From positions 1-57,251 of IMG/VR virus record IMGVR_UViG_3300046468_000977: a DNA stretch of 57,251 bases. One strand, 5' to 3'. The notes below the pieces were generated by a model. It saw only the letters and a program-made list of their open reading frames with translations. It ran no database searches and had not been told where the DNA came from. The DNA is from a virus (taxonomy: Duplodnaviria > Caudoviricetes). Position numbers and translations under genes: made by a program. Of this stretch, positions 44,530 to 53,650 are shown piece after piece; the stretch's first letter is position 1; the number at the start of each line of letters is the position of its first letter.

Positions 44530-46706
44530 AATACAGATACATTGAAAATTTACGATCAAAGAAATGCACACCATGTGATGATATGTCTAAAGTTTCGGTC
44601 AATCCGAAACCTACCTTTAATTCAAAAGCTGAATACAGAGAATGGTGTGGTAAGCAAACAACAAAGCATTGCTTCTATAGCCTAGCGGAAGGACTAGCAC
44701 CTAACTCTCGAATAGAGGGCGACAACAAAGTAAGGAGAGTTCACGGTATAGCCGCTGACTATGATGCTCCCGTGGACTGGATTAATGTAGATAATACTAT
44801 CAATGCTAGGTGTGCTGGTTGTATGCCAAGTTGGAGATCTAAAACTCAGAGTGGATACATCAGGGTTGTGTTTGAGTTCGAAGAAGCTATATCCGTCCCA
44901 GACTTCTTGTATAAAGGTTTCCTGCGCGAGCTTAAAACCTCGATTGGCTTCCATAAGATATTTGCTGGGTATGATGTTAAATCTGAAAACCCTTCTCAAT
45001 ATTTCGAGATTGGAAAAGACTGGGTTTCTCTAGGGGGATCTGTTTCCCCTGCTGTAGTTCAAACAGCACTCATTAAAGCTGCTCAAAGTAATCCTCCAGA
45101 ATCAAAAGAGACTTCTATTCCAATTGAAAAGATTGCACAAGAAGTTGATAAAAGATTCCCCAATAGGTGGGTGGGTGATTTGGAAGTAGGTTCTAGAGGT
45201 CCACTGTTTTGGATTGACGATGGGATTGATAGAGAAGGTTGTCAGATATTTGAAGACGGATGCATTGTCTATTCTGATCGAGATGAAGGTTGGAAAACTT
45301 GGCGTGACATCTTTGGCAAAGAGTTTGTTAAGAAATACGAAGAAGAGAAGATGGGTAATCTACTCGATGAGTATTGGTTTAACGGTAGGCAGTTCTTTAA
45401 ACTCCTTAACAAGATTGCACAGCCAATTCCAAGAGATCAACTTGTCTTAGAACTTAAACAGCGTGGGTTTAAACAACGCGCTAAGAAAGGTGAAAACCTT
45501 TCAGAAGTCGAGAATGCCATCCTAGTCATTAGTAATCAAAATAGAATTAATGAAATCGCCCCAATTGTTTTCAGAAGGGATAAGCGTGTCGTTAGTTTTA
45601 ACGGTCTCAGAATTCTTAATAGTTCTAGCATAACGCCAATCTTGGCAGCGGAAGATGGTGACTTTGATAAGTGGCCTTGGCTCAATAAGTTCTTCGATCA
45701 GTTCTTCGTAGACTCCACAGACGTTCGGGCTAAGTATTATTTTTTCGCTTGGTTCCAGAGATTCTATGCTGGGGTTATTAATAATCGGGAAGATCAGGGG
45801 CAAGCTTGTATCCTAGTTGGCCCCGCTAAAAGGGGGAAGACCCTACTCTCTAATAAGATTATCTCTGCTGCTGTAGGCGGTTATGCTGATGCTAGTGATT
45901 ATCTTTCGGGAGGAACTAAGTTCAATAAGGACTTAGGGAGAGCCGCTGCTTGGGTTATTGATGATACCGTAAGTGCTGCTTCATTCCAAGATCAACGGAA
46001 AGCAACAGAGCTAATTAAACGTGGTGTGGCTAACCCAAGAATAGAGTTTATGGCTAAGTTCTCAGACGCTGTTACTCTCCCTTGGGCAGGTAGGATTATC
46101 GTTAGCCTCAACGACGATGCGAACAGTATGAGCGTTATCCCAACACTGGACTCTAGTAACCGTGATAAGTTGATGGCTTTCAAGATCTGCCCCAAACCAT
46201 TTAAGTTCCCTAAGAAATACGATCTAGAAGATATACTCGATAAGGAGCTACCCCACTTCCTAGCTTGGTTAGAGAAATGGAAACCGCCTGAAGAGGTTCT
46301 CGACGATGATCGATTTGGAGTTAAGAGCTACATTGATAATAGTATTGCTTATGCGGCTTACGATAACTCAAGTAGATCGCAAGTGGCCGAACTAATCGAC
46401 TTCTTCTCAAAAGCTTGTAGAGAGCAGAACGATAGAATGAAAGAGTGGCGGGGGACTATTACTGAGTTCCAAGTCGCAATCCATACCTACAATAACGGTA
46501 GATCACTAGGAGCTTCAAACAAACTAGAGTTCGTCCGAAATGGATTAGCACATCTAGAAGATGCTGGTAAGGCGAACGGTGGGATCAGACCAATAAAGTC
46601 TGTAGGCAAAGGTAGTGGTAAAGTCTGGGTGATCGATGTCACTGAGCCTTTCGATATTGACTTCGAAGACTCTACAGAGAGTTCGCTGAACGCAGTGCTG
46701 CAATAG
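44526..46706 (+). CDS. Primase-helicase (AEP-like N-terminus, DUF5906/D5-like P-loop C-terminus)
   Basis: AADYD and SKTQSG..R motifs; Walker A GPAKRGKT; WVIDD. Confidence 0.8.
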   Translation: MKYRYIENLRSKKCTPCDDMSKVSVNPKPTFNSKAEYREWCGKQTTKHCFYSLAEGLAPNSRIEGDNKVRRVHGIAADYDAPVDWINVDNTINARCAGCMPSWRSKTQSGYIRVVFEFEEAISVPDFLYKGFLRELKTSIGFHKIFAGYDVKSENPSQYFEIGKDWVSLGGSVSPAVVQTALIKAAQSNPPESKETSIPIEKIAQEVDKRFPNRWVGDLEVGSRGPLFWIDDGIDREGCQIFEDGCIVYSDRDEGWKTWRDIFGKEFVKKYEEEKMGNLLDEYWFNGRQFFKLLNKIAQPIPRDQLVLELKQRGFKQRAKKGENLSEVENAILVISNQNRINEIAPIVFRRDKRVVSFNGLRILNSSSITPILAAEDGDFDKWPWLNKFFDQFFVDSTDVRAKYYFFAWFQRFYAGVINNREDQGQACILVGPAKRGKTLLSNKIISAAVGGYADASDYLSGGTKFNKDLGRAAAWVIDDTVSAASFQDQRKATELIKRGVANPRIEFMAKFSDAVTLPWAGRIIVSLNDDANSMSVIPTLDSSNRDKLMAFKICPKPFKFPKKYDLEDILDKELPHFLAWLEKWKPPEEVLDDDRFGVKSYIDNSIAYAAYDNSSRSQVAELIDFFSKACREQNDRMKEWRGTITEFQVAIHTYNNGRSLGASNKLEFVRNGLAHLEDAGKANGGIRPIKSVGKGSGKVWVIDVTEPFDIDFEDSTESSLNAVLQ

Positions 46707-47205
46707 GTAAGTGGTATCCATCCACTTTGTATTTAAAACCAAAGTCGTCTAACTCACCTCTCTTTTTAAATTCCCCTGATCTCTGAATCTTGAGTCCTGT
46801 AGCCCAACCCAGAACCCAAGCCATTGAGAAATCTTTACGGACACGAACAAAGAAGTATGAGTTAGCTCCTAACTTCTTCCCCTCTGCACAGTTCACCGAT
46901 GCTGTGTAGTGGGGTTGGGGTTTCCCCGCACACCCCTTAGCTTTCACGTCTATAGTTCTTTTTCCCAGAACGTAGTCGTGGGTAAATACTTTATCCCCCA
47001 CGTATAAGGATTCAGGATACAGTTTTTCAAAAGCAACCTCCCCGATAAAGCCTGTCATTCTCCCAGCCCCCCTTGTAAATGAATTTGGAAGAACCCCCAA
47101 GTCTTCGCTACGTTCAAACGCTTCTTTAATATCGTCGCTGTTAGGCGTAAAGATCAGCATCCCCTTAGTCCTAGAGAACTGAGGGGGTAGCTTTTTTCGT
47201 TTCAT
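46672..47205 (-). CDS. PD-(D/E)xK-like nuclease domain protein
   Basis: GEVAF...HDY....TIDVKAK. Confidence 0.55.
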   Translation of the reverse strand: MKRKKLPPQFSRTKGMLIFTPNSDDIKEAFERSEDLGVLPNSFTRGAGRMTGFIGEVAFEKLYPESLYVGDKVFTHDYVLGKRTIDVKAKGCAGKPQPHYTASVNCAEGKKLGANSYFFVRVRKDFSMAWVLGWATGLKIQRSGEFKKRGELDDFGFKYKVDGYHLPIAALRSANSL

Positions 47206-47501
47206 CCTTTGATAGTTCGTTTAATTAACCTGTCGTATGCGGGGAAGAAGACTTCTTCCATGCACCTAACTACAGCTTCTTGTTCAAATGTTTCACAAAA
47301 ACCTACCCCCGAAATGCACAAGCTTGCTTCCATCAACTCATGCCTCAAGGTCTCTAAGCAATCCTTATCGTCTAGATCCTTGTGGATTGTAATCAATTTC
47401 TGGTCATGGCTATAGTAGCCATAAAGATCTTGATCACTTAAATCTCTTTGAACAATTTTGACAGTCTGCCCAGCAACCCTCAGACTTTTAGGAACCCTCA
47501 T
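47202..47501 (-). CDS. Small metallopeptidase-like phage protein
   Basis: Start MRVPKSL; YGYY...ITI...ETLRHELMEA (HExxE variant). Confidence 0.6.
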   Translation of the reverse strand: MRVPKSLRVAGQTVKIVQRDLSDQDLYGYYSHDQKLITIHKDLDDKDCLETLRHELMEASLCISGVGFCETFEQEAVVRCMEEVFFPAYDRLIKRTIKG

Positions 47502-48045
47502 CAGAGTAAAAGTTGTTGATCGCATTAGCATACACCGAAGCTAATCGACTCAAGTCAGATCTAATCAAAGCCACATCACTCTTGTTTGAGCCAAAGAAAG
47601 GTTCCGCGATACACGCATAGCAGGGGGTCTTTCGTAAAAACATGGAGCCCCTACTCCCCTTTGATCGAGACTTAACTCCCCTAGCTTTTAACTCAGGGTA
47701 TTCGCTGACCATTGATTCGTGAATCTTGTAAGCTAAAGCCTTCCCCCCTTTACTTGATTCCCAATGCAACCATTCATGGCCCGTTGCTTTGGGTCCGGCA
47801 GCATTGAAATGGAACTCGATACAGGCATCAATTCCATCTTTGCGCATACGCCTAGATACATTGTTGATCGCCCCTACATAACTCGATGCACCATAATCAT
47901 CGTAAATCTTGTAAGGGACTTTAAGAAGCGGAGTTACCAAAGGCATTAAGTTCGAGTTGAATTCGTGTTCACTCACACTGTCATCACCAACAGTGTATGC
48001 TCCACTATCTCCTCTCCTCGAATGTCCAATGGCTAACCCAATCAT
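47488..48045 (-). CDS. Endolysin, N-acetylmuramoyl-L-alanine amidase (Amidase_3)
   Basis: IGH...E, EFHFNA, GHE, IAEPFFGSN. Confidence 0.9.
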   Translation of the reverse strand: MIGLAIGHSRRGDSGAYTVGDDSVSEHEFNSNLMPLVTPLLKVPYKIYDDYGASSYVGAINNVSRRMRKDGIDACIEFHFNAAGPKATGHEWLHWESSKGGKALAYKIHESMVSEYPELKARGVKSRSKGSRGSMFLRKTPCYACIAEPFFGSNKSDVALIRSDLSRLASVYANAINNFYSDEGS

Positions 48046-48203
48046 TTTTTAAGCATTTTGTATATAGTCACAACAGCTACTGCGATACCCCCTACAAGGG
48101 ACAAGATACGGAGCCAGTATTCGAGTTGATCTTGATACGATAAAATGACTCCTATTGTTGGTGACACAGCGCCTATAAGGGGCATTAGTAAACTATCTTT
48201 CAT
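48042..48203 (-). CDS. Holin-like two-TM protein, 53 aa (not in the ORF track)
   Basis: MKDSLLMPLIGAVSPTIGVILSYQDQLEYWLRILSLVGGIAVAVVTIYKMLKK; coupled to the endolysin. Confidence 0.7.
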   Translation of the reverse strand: MKDSLLMPLIGAVSPTIGVILSYQDQLEYWLRILSLVGGIAVAVVTIYKMLKK

Positions 48204-48433
48204 CATTTTGATCCTATAATAATTGCTCTCCTATAGCTGTAATCGCTATGAAATTTGTGTTGTTCCCGACCTGTCAACACCCCTTCGACAAAATTATATC
48301 GGGTTCCTTCAATTAGAGTGATCGTAGGGGGGTCATGAAGTGCGCTTGAGTTCACGATGGAGGCGTTTCGCGATCCGCTCAAGCCGCAGCTTTGCGGCAG
48401 GACTACCATCGGCAGCAAGCTCATCAATTTCAT
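48203..48433 (-). CDS. Possible o-spanin-like lipoprotein
   Basis: MKLMSLLPMVVLPQSC; starts inside the upstream gene in another frame; lipobox non-canonical. Confidence 0.45.
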   Translation of the reverse strand: MKLMSLLPMVVLPQSCGLSGSRNASIVNSSALHDPPTITLIEGTRYNFVEGVLTGREQHKFHSDYSYRRAIIIGSK

Positions 48434-48518
48434 CTTCCAGTTCATAAACAAATCTTCGGTGTTTTAATTTTATGTAGGCTACGTAAGCCTGTAGTGCCGC
48501 TGTGATTACCTTAATCAT
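48333..48518 (-). CDS. Possible i-spanin-like protein
   Basis: 61 aa with a weakly hydrophobic N-terminus and helical charged remainder; in the lysis cassette. Confidence 0.45.
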   Translation of the reverse strand: MIKVITAALQAYVAYIKLKHRRFVYELEDEIDELAADGSPAAKLRLERIAKRLHRELKRTS

Positions 48519-48691
48519 TTCTTAGCTTTCCCAATATTGAGAGCGGCCCATTCCAGCACGAGGTATAGTTTTCGGACAATTCCGTCATCTTTAGGTGTGG
48601 GTGTCAGAGCGCAAATTGCTGAGGCAGCAGCCACCACAGCGGTGGCGATTGAAATAAGACTTTCTTTGTTTTCTATGATATAGTTTAGCAT
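48515..48691 (-). CDS. Holin-like membrane protein of the TPTPKDD family, 58 aa (not in the ORF track)
   Basis: MLNYIIENKESLISIATAVVAAASAICALTPTPKDDGIVRKLYLVLEWAALNIGKAKK. Confidence 0.75.
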   Translation of the reverse strand: MLNYIIENKESLISIATAVVAAASAICALTPTPKDDGIVRKLYLVLEWAALNIGKAKK

Positions 48692-48693
48692 GG

Positions 48694-49659
48694 TTACATT
48701 ACGTTAGGGATTCGAGAACCAGATCCGGTTGGATCAAAGTTGACTGCGGGTTTAGCTGACCCCCTGTAGGCATCTAGCTCTTCTTCTAAAAGTTGTTTAC
48801 AAACATTCCAATGGTAGTTAGCCCTCTCCAAATCAGCATTGTCTTCTGCTACAGTTCCCAACAACCCATGTTTAATAGCGTTGAGGTTACTTGGTCTTAC
48901 GACATCGAAGCTGTTAATTAGGTTTTTAAACCTTCTCTTAACTAAAACTCTGATTGTTTTCTTGGTGGCGTTTGAAACGTCATTCCCCAACCTATATCTT
49001 CGAAAGTTATTAACTTTGTTTGCTTCTTGGACCGTCCCTAATTCAAGCGTATCTGATGTATTATTAACATTCATCGCCGTTATTTTTACAGGGCTAGGTA
49101 ATGATGAATCCCCATTTCGTATCTCAGTAATCTTAGTGAACTGCACTGATCCTGAAGTAATGTTGTTTGAAGCTGTGTCTAGATTAGGGCTGTAGGTTTG
49201 CGTAACGGGGGTAGTGGAGTTATTTAATCCCGTTATACTAATAAAGTTAGTAGAAGTTCGAGGTATCTCAGTTGCGGGGGAGACGGGACTTACAGTAATA
49301 CTGTAGGCTTTAGACTCTTCAAGTTCGTTCACTGTCGGAGAAAACCCATCATCAACCAAACCAAAGCCGTAGAGAGTAGAACCATCTCTATTTCGTCCAG
49401 TAATTCGATAGTCATGGAATTGTGCTTTTGCCCTAACTGGGTCGTTGTCCACCAAAGCCGATACGATAGATTCCGAATCATCTGGTAGTGTGAAGTTACC
49501 ATCCGTTGTTGAGATAGTTGTCTCGTATAATAAATCCCGCCACATTCCCATTGCATAAAGTCGGGGCATGACAAGATTAAGTTCCTGAATAAATGAGGAA
49601 CCTACGGTTTTATATTTAGAGAGGGCTTCTTCTACCCCCGCTACGGTAAGAGTAGCCAT
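48694..49659 (-). CDS. Virion protein, probable head-tail adaptor
   Basis: 321 aa; helical N- and C-termini around a beta-rich core (adaptor-like pattern). Confidence 0.55.
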   Translation of the reverse strand: MATLTVAGVEEALSKYKTVGSSFIQELNLVMPRLYAMGMWRDLLYETTISTTDGNFTLPDDSESIVSALVDNDPVRAKAQFHDYRITGRNRDGSTLYGFGLVDDGFSPTVNELEESKAYSITVSPVSPATEIPRTSTNFISITGLNNSTTPVTQTYSPNLDTASNNITSGSVQFTKITEIRNGDSSLPSPVKITAMNVNNTSDTLELGTVQEANKVNNFRRYRLGNDVSNATKKTIRVLVKRRFKNLINSFDVVRPSNLNAIKHGLLGTVAEDNADLERANYHWNVCKQLLEEELDAYRGSAKPAVNFDPTGSGSRIPNVM

Positions 49660-49665
49660 AAGGAT

Positions 49666-49694
49666 ATGTTAATTTAATATCCTTAATCAGTCAA
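49666..49694 (-). promoter_or_regulatory. Sigma70-type promoter, leaderless
   Basis: TTGACT-17 nt-TAACAT, 6 nt before ATG 49659. Confidence 0.65.
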
Positions 49695-49705
49695 GGCAGG
49701 GGTAA

Positions 49706-51712
49706 TTACTCTGTCGGGCAAGAAGAACACCCATCTCCGGTAGATTCTTTAACCACTCTCAGTGATGGATCGTTGGCTTTCAACACTTCTACGGTATTAG
49801 TAGCATTAACTACTGTTACGCCAGTCAATTCTTTTACCACATCAACTTCAGCTATGGCTGAACTAGGGGTGCTTGCGATACCAGTTACTTGAGTGATGTT
49901 TGTCCCTACAATTCCCTGCCCTAAAGTTACACTTCTTACACCCGCTCCAGTAGTTGTGGCGTTTACTACGCCCGTTACTTTAACAACCTCCGTAACTCCC
50001 GTTACTTGAGTGATGTTTGTCCCTACAATTCCCTGCCCTAAAACCGTGCTTTGAACACCAGCTCCAGTAGTCGTGCAGTCTTGCACACTAGTTATTTGAA
50101 CAGCACTGGTAACTCCCGTTACCTGAGTAGGGTCGTGGACAAACTTGTAATCGGCAGGGGCTGATGATTCCGGCGTTGTTTCGCCCCCCAAAACCCAGTA
50201 ACATTGAGTGGTTTGACTTGATCCAGAGCCGCTTGATACACAAATTTTGACCCAAGGCAGAGTCATTTTAGTTCCCCCAGCCCACATCGTGCTATGCGGA
50301 GTTCCTTGAATCATGTTAGAATTCACAGTTCCACCGCGAACATAATCATTACCTACACTAGCTGAGACTACCACATTATCAGCAGTTGTAGCTCCTCCAG
50401 CCCACATCGTGGTGTGCGGAGTTCCTTGAACCATGTTAACATTCTCGGTTCCACCACGCACATAGTCATCTTCTACAACAGCCGCAACTACAATATTATT
50501 ACTAGCTGAAGATCCTCCCGCCCACATCGTATTGTTCAAATCACCACCAATGTAAGCTTTACCTTTTTGTGCGGGAGTAGGTATTTGTGCCACTTGTGTG
50601 ACAGTCGGATTAGTTGTTGAAGGAGCGAATACAGATACGGCGGTCAGATTCTCTACTTGTAAGTCAGTAATACAGCGAACAAGCCCATCTTCGATGATCG
50701 CCTGTTTCTTATCACCTACTTTCCAAGTCTTGTTATAGCGATTCCCATGAATATTAATAGTATCGCCAGAAGTAACTACTTTAACTTGAGGTAAACCTGA
50801 AACTTTATTGTCACCTTCACAAGATCGCTCCTGCCCTAGTTGACTTATACGCCTAAGATTTTTAAAGTCATCTCCTTCCGTGTAATTCTTATACACGTTC
50901 TGCCCAACACCCACATTTTTTACAGCGTCATACCCAGCTATCCACCACAACGGGCCTCGATGCCCCTCTAAAGCGCCCCTCATCAGGGCTTGCCGACCAT
51001 CTTGAAATTGCTTCGCTTCTAATTTGCCGTTGTTTATGTAACATATTGGTGTGTAGTATTCACCGTCCGTGCCGTAACCAAATTCATCAGGTAGTATATA
51101 ATCAGTATTGTCGGGTAGATCTTCACCAAACATTAATGTGTAAGCTGGCGTCGGCTCCTCTCCCTCTTCCGCTTCTTCAACTTTAACCTTACCGTGGTCG
51201 TCAGTTTTATACATGCTGTAAACAACACCCTGATCCCCAACACCAATCTGCAATGGTGTTAAAGCATGTCTCACTAAAGTGTCATTGGTGGGGTGTATCT
51301 CATACAGATACGCTTTTGAAATACATATAATCCCATCGTCTCTTAAACCATAGGGTTCATGCTCTTCTCTATAAGGCATGAATTCCCCTGCTACTCTCTG
51401 CCCCTTCTTGTCTGAGAATGGTCTAGCTTGATAGAACTCCGCTTCACCGACTATATTGTCAGCGTCAACAACGTGTTCATGAACGGGGGATAACCTTACT
51501 TCTTCTACGTCATTAAGATTTCTCGTTTCTTCTAGGCTCCCATAACTTAAACCCCCCGAACTTCCGAGTCCTTTACCATTAGAAGTCCCAAGTCCTTTAC
51601 CATTAGAAGTCCCAAGTTTTGATTTTGATTTCTTACCGGAAAAGAAATCACGGAAAGCTTGTAAGCGTGTTTCTCTACGTTTGCTTACATCAGAGAAAGG
51701 ATCATCAGACAT
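49706..51712 (-). CDS. Tail spike/needle-like virion protein with internal 40-aa and 39-aa repeats
   Basis: TMWAGG x3 (120-bp period) and TQVTG x3 (117-bp period); V/T/G-rich C-terminal half. Confidence 0.6.
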   Translation of the reverse strand: MSDDPFSDVSKRRETRLQAFRDFFSGKKSKSKLGTSNGKGLGTSNGKGLGSSGGLSYGSLEETRNLNDVEEVRLSPVHEHVVDADNIVGEAEFYQARPFSDKKGQRVAGEFMPYREEHEPYGLRDDGIICISKAYLYEIHPTNDTLVRHALTPLQIGVGDQGVVYSMYKTDDHGKVKVEEAEEGEEPTPAYTLMFGEDLPDNTDYILPDEFGYGTDGEYYTPICYINNGKLEAKQFQDGRQALMRGALEGHRGPLWWIAGYDAVKNVGVGQNVYKNYTEGDDFKNLRRISQLGQERSCEGDNKVSGLPQVKVVTSGDTINIHGNRYNKTWKVGDKKQAIIEDGLVRCITDLQVENLTAVSVFAPSTTNPTVTQVAQIPTPAQKGKAYIGGDLNNTMWAGGSSASNNIVVAAVVEDDYVRGGTENVNMVQGTPHTTMWAGGATTADNVVVSASVGNDYVRGGTVNSNMIQGTPHSTMWAGGTKMTLPWVKICVSSGSGSSQTTQCYWVLGGETTPESSAPADYKFVHDPTQVTGVTSAVQITSVQDCTTTGAGVQSTVLGQGIVGTNITQVTGVTEVVKVTGVVNATTTGAGVRSVTLGQGIVGTNITQVTGIASTPSSAIAEVDVVKELTGVTVVNATNTVEVLKANDPSLRVVKESTGDGCSSCPTE

Positions 51713-51735
51713 ATTTAATATTAAGTAAGAAGAGT

Positions 51736-53034
51736 TTACATCCCATTTGAAGCAGGTTTATGAACTGTCCATTTCGTTCTCATAAAACCGCCCCTAGCTG
51801 GTTCTTGAGTATCCCTAGCGACGTGTGTTGCCGGAATACTAGATGGGGAGGTAGTTGGTATCTCCACTTCGTAAGAAGTATATTTATATATTGGGTCTTC
51901 AGTTCCAGAAGAAGCTTGTAAAATACCCCCACCCATCAAACAAGGCGGGATGTTTATTTCAACATAAGGTGTGCCAAATTGCAATGATTTAGGTTCGAAG
52001 TTTTGAACACTGAGCCCAGTATGTGGACTAGCTGACCAAGTTACTTCAACGTCTGTTTTACAAGAACCCCGAAACGCTTCAGGGTCCATCACATACTCTA
52101 CAAAAGTAGTTAACTGACCGTCATGCTTTTCCCAAGCTATAATATCAATATCACTAAGGACAGGTGGGAAAGTGTGATTCATGGCAGTGCTATAAACACT
52201 AACCCTTATATTACCAACACCATCCACTACACTCCCATTCGGCGCACCAGCGACAGTTTCTTTTTTTATTACTTCAAACCAATCGGTAGATAATTGTCGG
52301 GCTTCCCGATAAGAAGCGACTCTTATGCTGGCACTAGGGGATAGTGTCGTGTCACTAGTTTGAGCCTTCCAATATCTGGCAGTTGGGGTATTGATTAAAC
52401 TTTCGATACTTTGATTAGTATTCGTGTTTGATTCAACTATTTCCTCTCCCCTGTGGTGGTAGGTTACTGTTTGTCTTAAATTATACTGAGATAGATTATC
52501 CCACGATACTGTCTTTATTGGGCTAAAGTCATAATATGTTCTCTGCTCCACAACAAAGACGCCATCTAATTCTTGTTCCCCTATTCTTTTCTGGTCACGG
52601 GAAACCAACTTGTAACCTTTTCCCTCAAAATTAGCGGAGGTGGGGGCGATGGGCATATCAGCCCCTGCTGCGTGGGCTGTAGAATCCTCTGTGAATTCGG
52701 ACCTAAGTTCTACATAAGTTCTAGTAACAGTGCTAAACTTAGTTTGCCCCAAACTTGATTGGGAGAACTCAAAGTTATACTCATCTTGTGAAGACCTACT
52801 ATTTACGTAGTAATAGAAATAAAGCTGACCACTTGGGTCCGCTTGCTTCACATACGCTAATATGTGATTTGGATAATTAACCGTATCGGGGTGTGCTGTG
52901 CCATATGGCGGGGGAACTTTCCCAACCCTCTGAGCGTCAACAGTTTCGAAAAACAATAAATCCTGCACATTCGGCGATACGAATGTGAGGACTGACTGCC
53001 GTTGGGGGCTGGGTTGATTCCGAGATACAGGCAT
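51736..53034 (-). CDS. Virion (tail) protein
   Basis: 432-aa beta-rich ORF in the tail module. Confidence 0.6.
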   Translation of the reverse strand: MPVSRNQPSPQRQSVLTFVSPNVQDLLFFETVDAQRVGKVPPPYGTAHPDTVNYPNHILAYVKQADPSGQLYFYYYVNSRSSQDEYNFEFSQSSLGQTKFSTVTRTYVELRSEFTEDSTAHAAGADMPIAPTSANFEGKGYKLVSRDQKRIGEQELDGVFVVEQRTYYDFSPIKTVSWDNLSQYNLRQTVTYHHRGEEIVESNTNTNQSIESLINTPTARYWKAQTSDTTLSPSASIRVASYREARQLSTDWFEVIKKETVAGAPNGSVVDGVGNIRVSVYSTAMNHTFPPVLSDIDIIAWEKHDGQLTTFVEYVMDPEAFRGSCKTDVEVTWSASPHTGLSVQNFEPKSLQFGTPYVEINIPPCLMGGGILQASSGTEDPIYKYTSYEVEIPTTSPSSIPATHVARDTQEPARGGFMRTKWTVHKPASNGM

Positions 53035-53270
53035 TATTCTAGTGGGTTACCTCCACCATCAAATCCTTCAACTACCTCAACGGTTTCAAGATTTGATGCC
53101 CCCTGCTCCGGTGCTTGCCCCTGCTCTTCGGGGGCGTCGGCTATTTTTCCAGCAAGAAAATTAGCTACGCCTGCTATCTTGAGTCCTCCCCCTGCTGGGT
53201 TCTGGACTGCGAGGTCAATAATCTGGATTAGTGCTGATCGTTCTTCGTCGGTGAATTCAATTGTTTTCAT
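53034..53270 (-). CDS. Small protein, possible fibre assembly chaperone
   Basis: Start MKTIEFTDEERSALIQIIDLAV; upstream TTGAAA-17-TAATTT-8 nt-ATG. Confidence 0.6.
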   Translation of the reverse strand: MKTIEFTDEERSALIQIIDLAVQNPAGGGLKIAGVANFLAGKIADAPEEQGQAPEQGASNLETVEVVEGFDGGGNPLE

Positions 53271-53324
53271 ACTCGTCAAAATTATGCGTGGTGGTCTTTG
53301 GTTTCAAGGTTATAAATTACAAAA

Positions 53325-53636
53325 CTACGTAGACGTGTCTGGCTTACTCACCTCGTAATATGCTTCAATAGCTGGGATTGCATCGAAGACGGCTTGCATC
53401 GCTGTAGCGGCTTCGGGAACTTCTGATACAAGATCCCAGAAGTTAACCTCTACGCTCTTTGAATATTGATCTTCGGCAATATCCCCAGTCTCGGCGTCGC
53501 AAGGGCGAAGCTGAAGATAAAGTTGTCCCTCTGATGGGGACGGCACAGTTACATTTAAAGAAGAAACCCAAATTTGTGGGAACGTCTTTTCTGATTTGGC
53601 TGGTATTACCAATGGGTTTTCGTTTTGTATCGGCAT
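53325..53636 (-). CDS. Small tail-fibre-associated protein
   Basis: 103-aa ORF directly downstream of the fibre gene. Confidence 0.6.
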   Translation of the reverse strand: MPIQNENPLVIPAKSEKTFPQIWVSSLNVTVPSPSEGQLYLQLRPCDAETGDIAEDQYSKSVEVNFWDLVSEVPEAATAMQAVFDAIPAIEAYYEVSKPDTST

Positions 53637-53650
53637 GGTTTTGTTTAACT

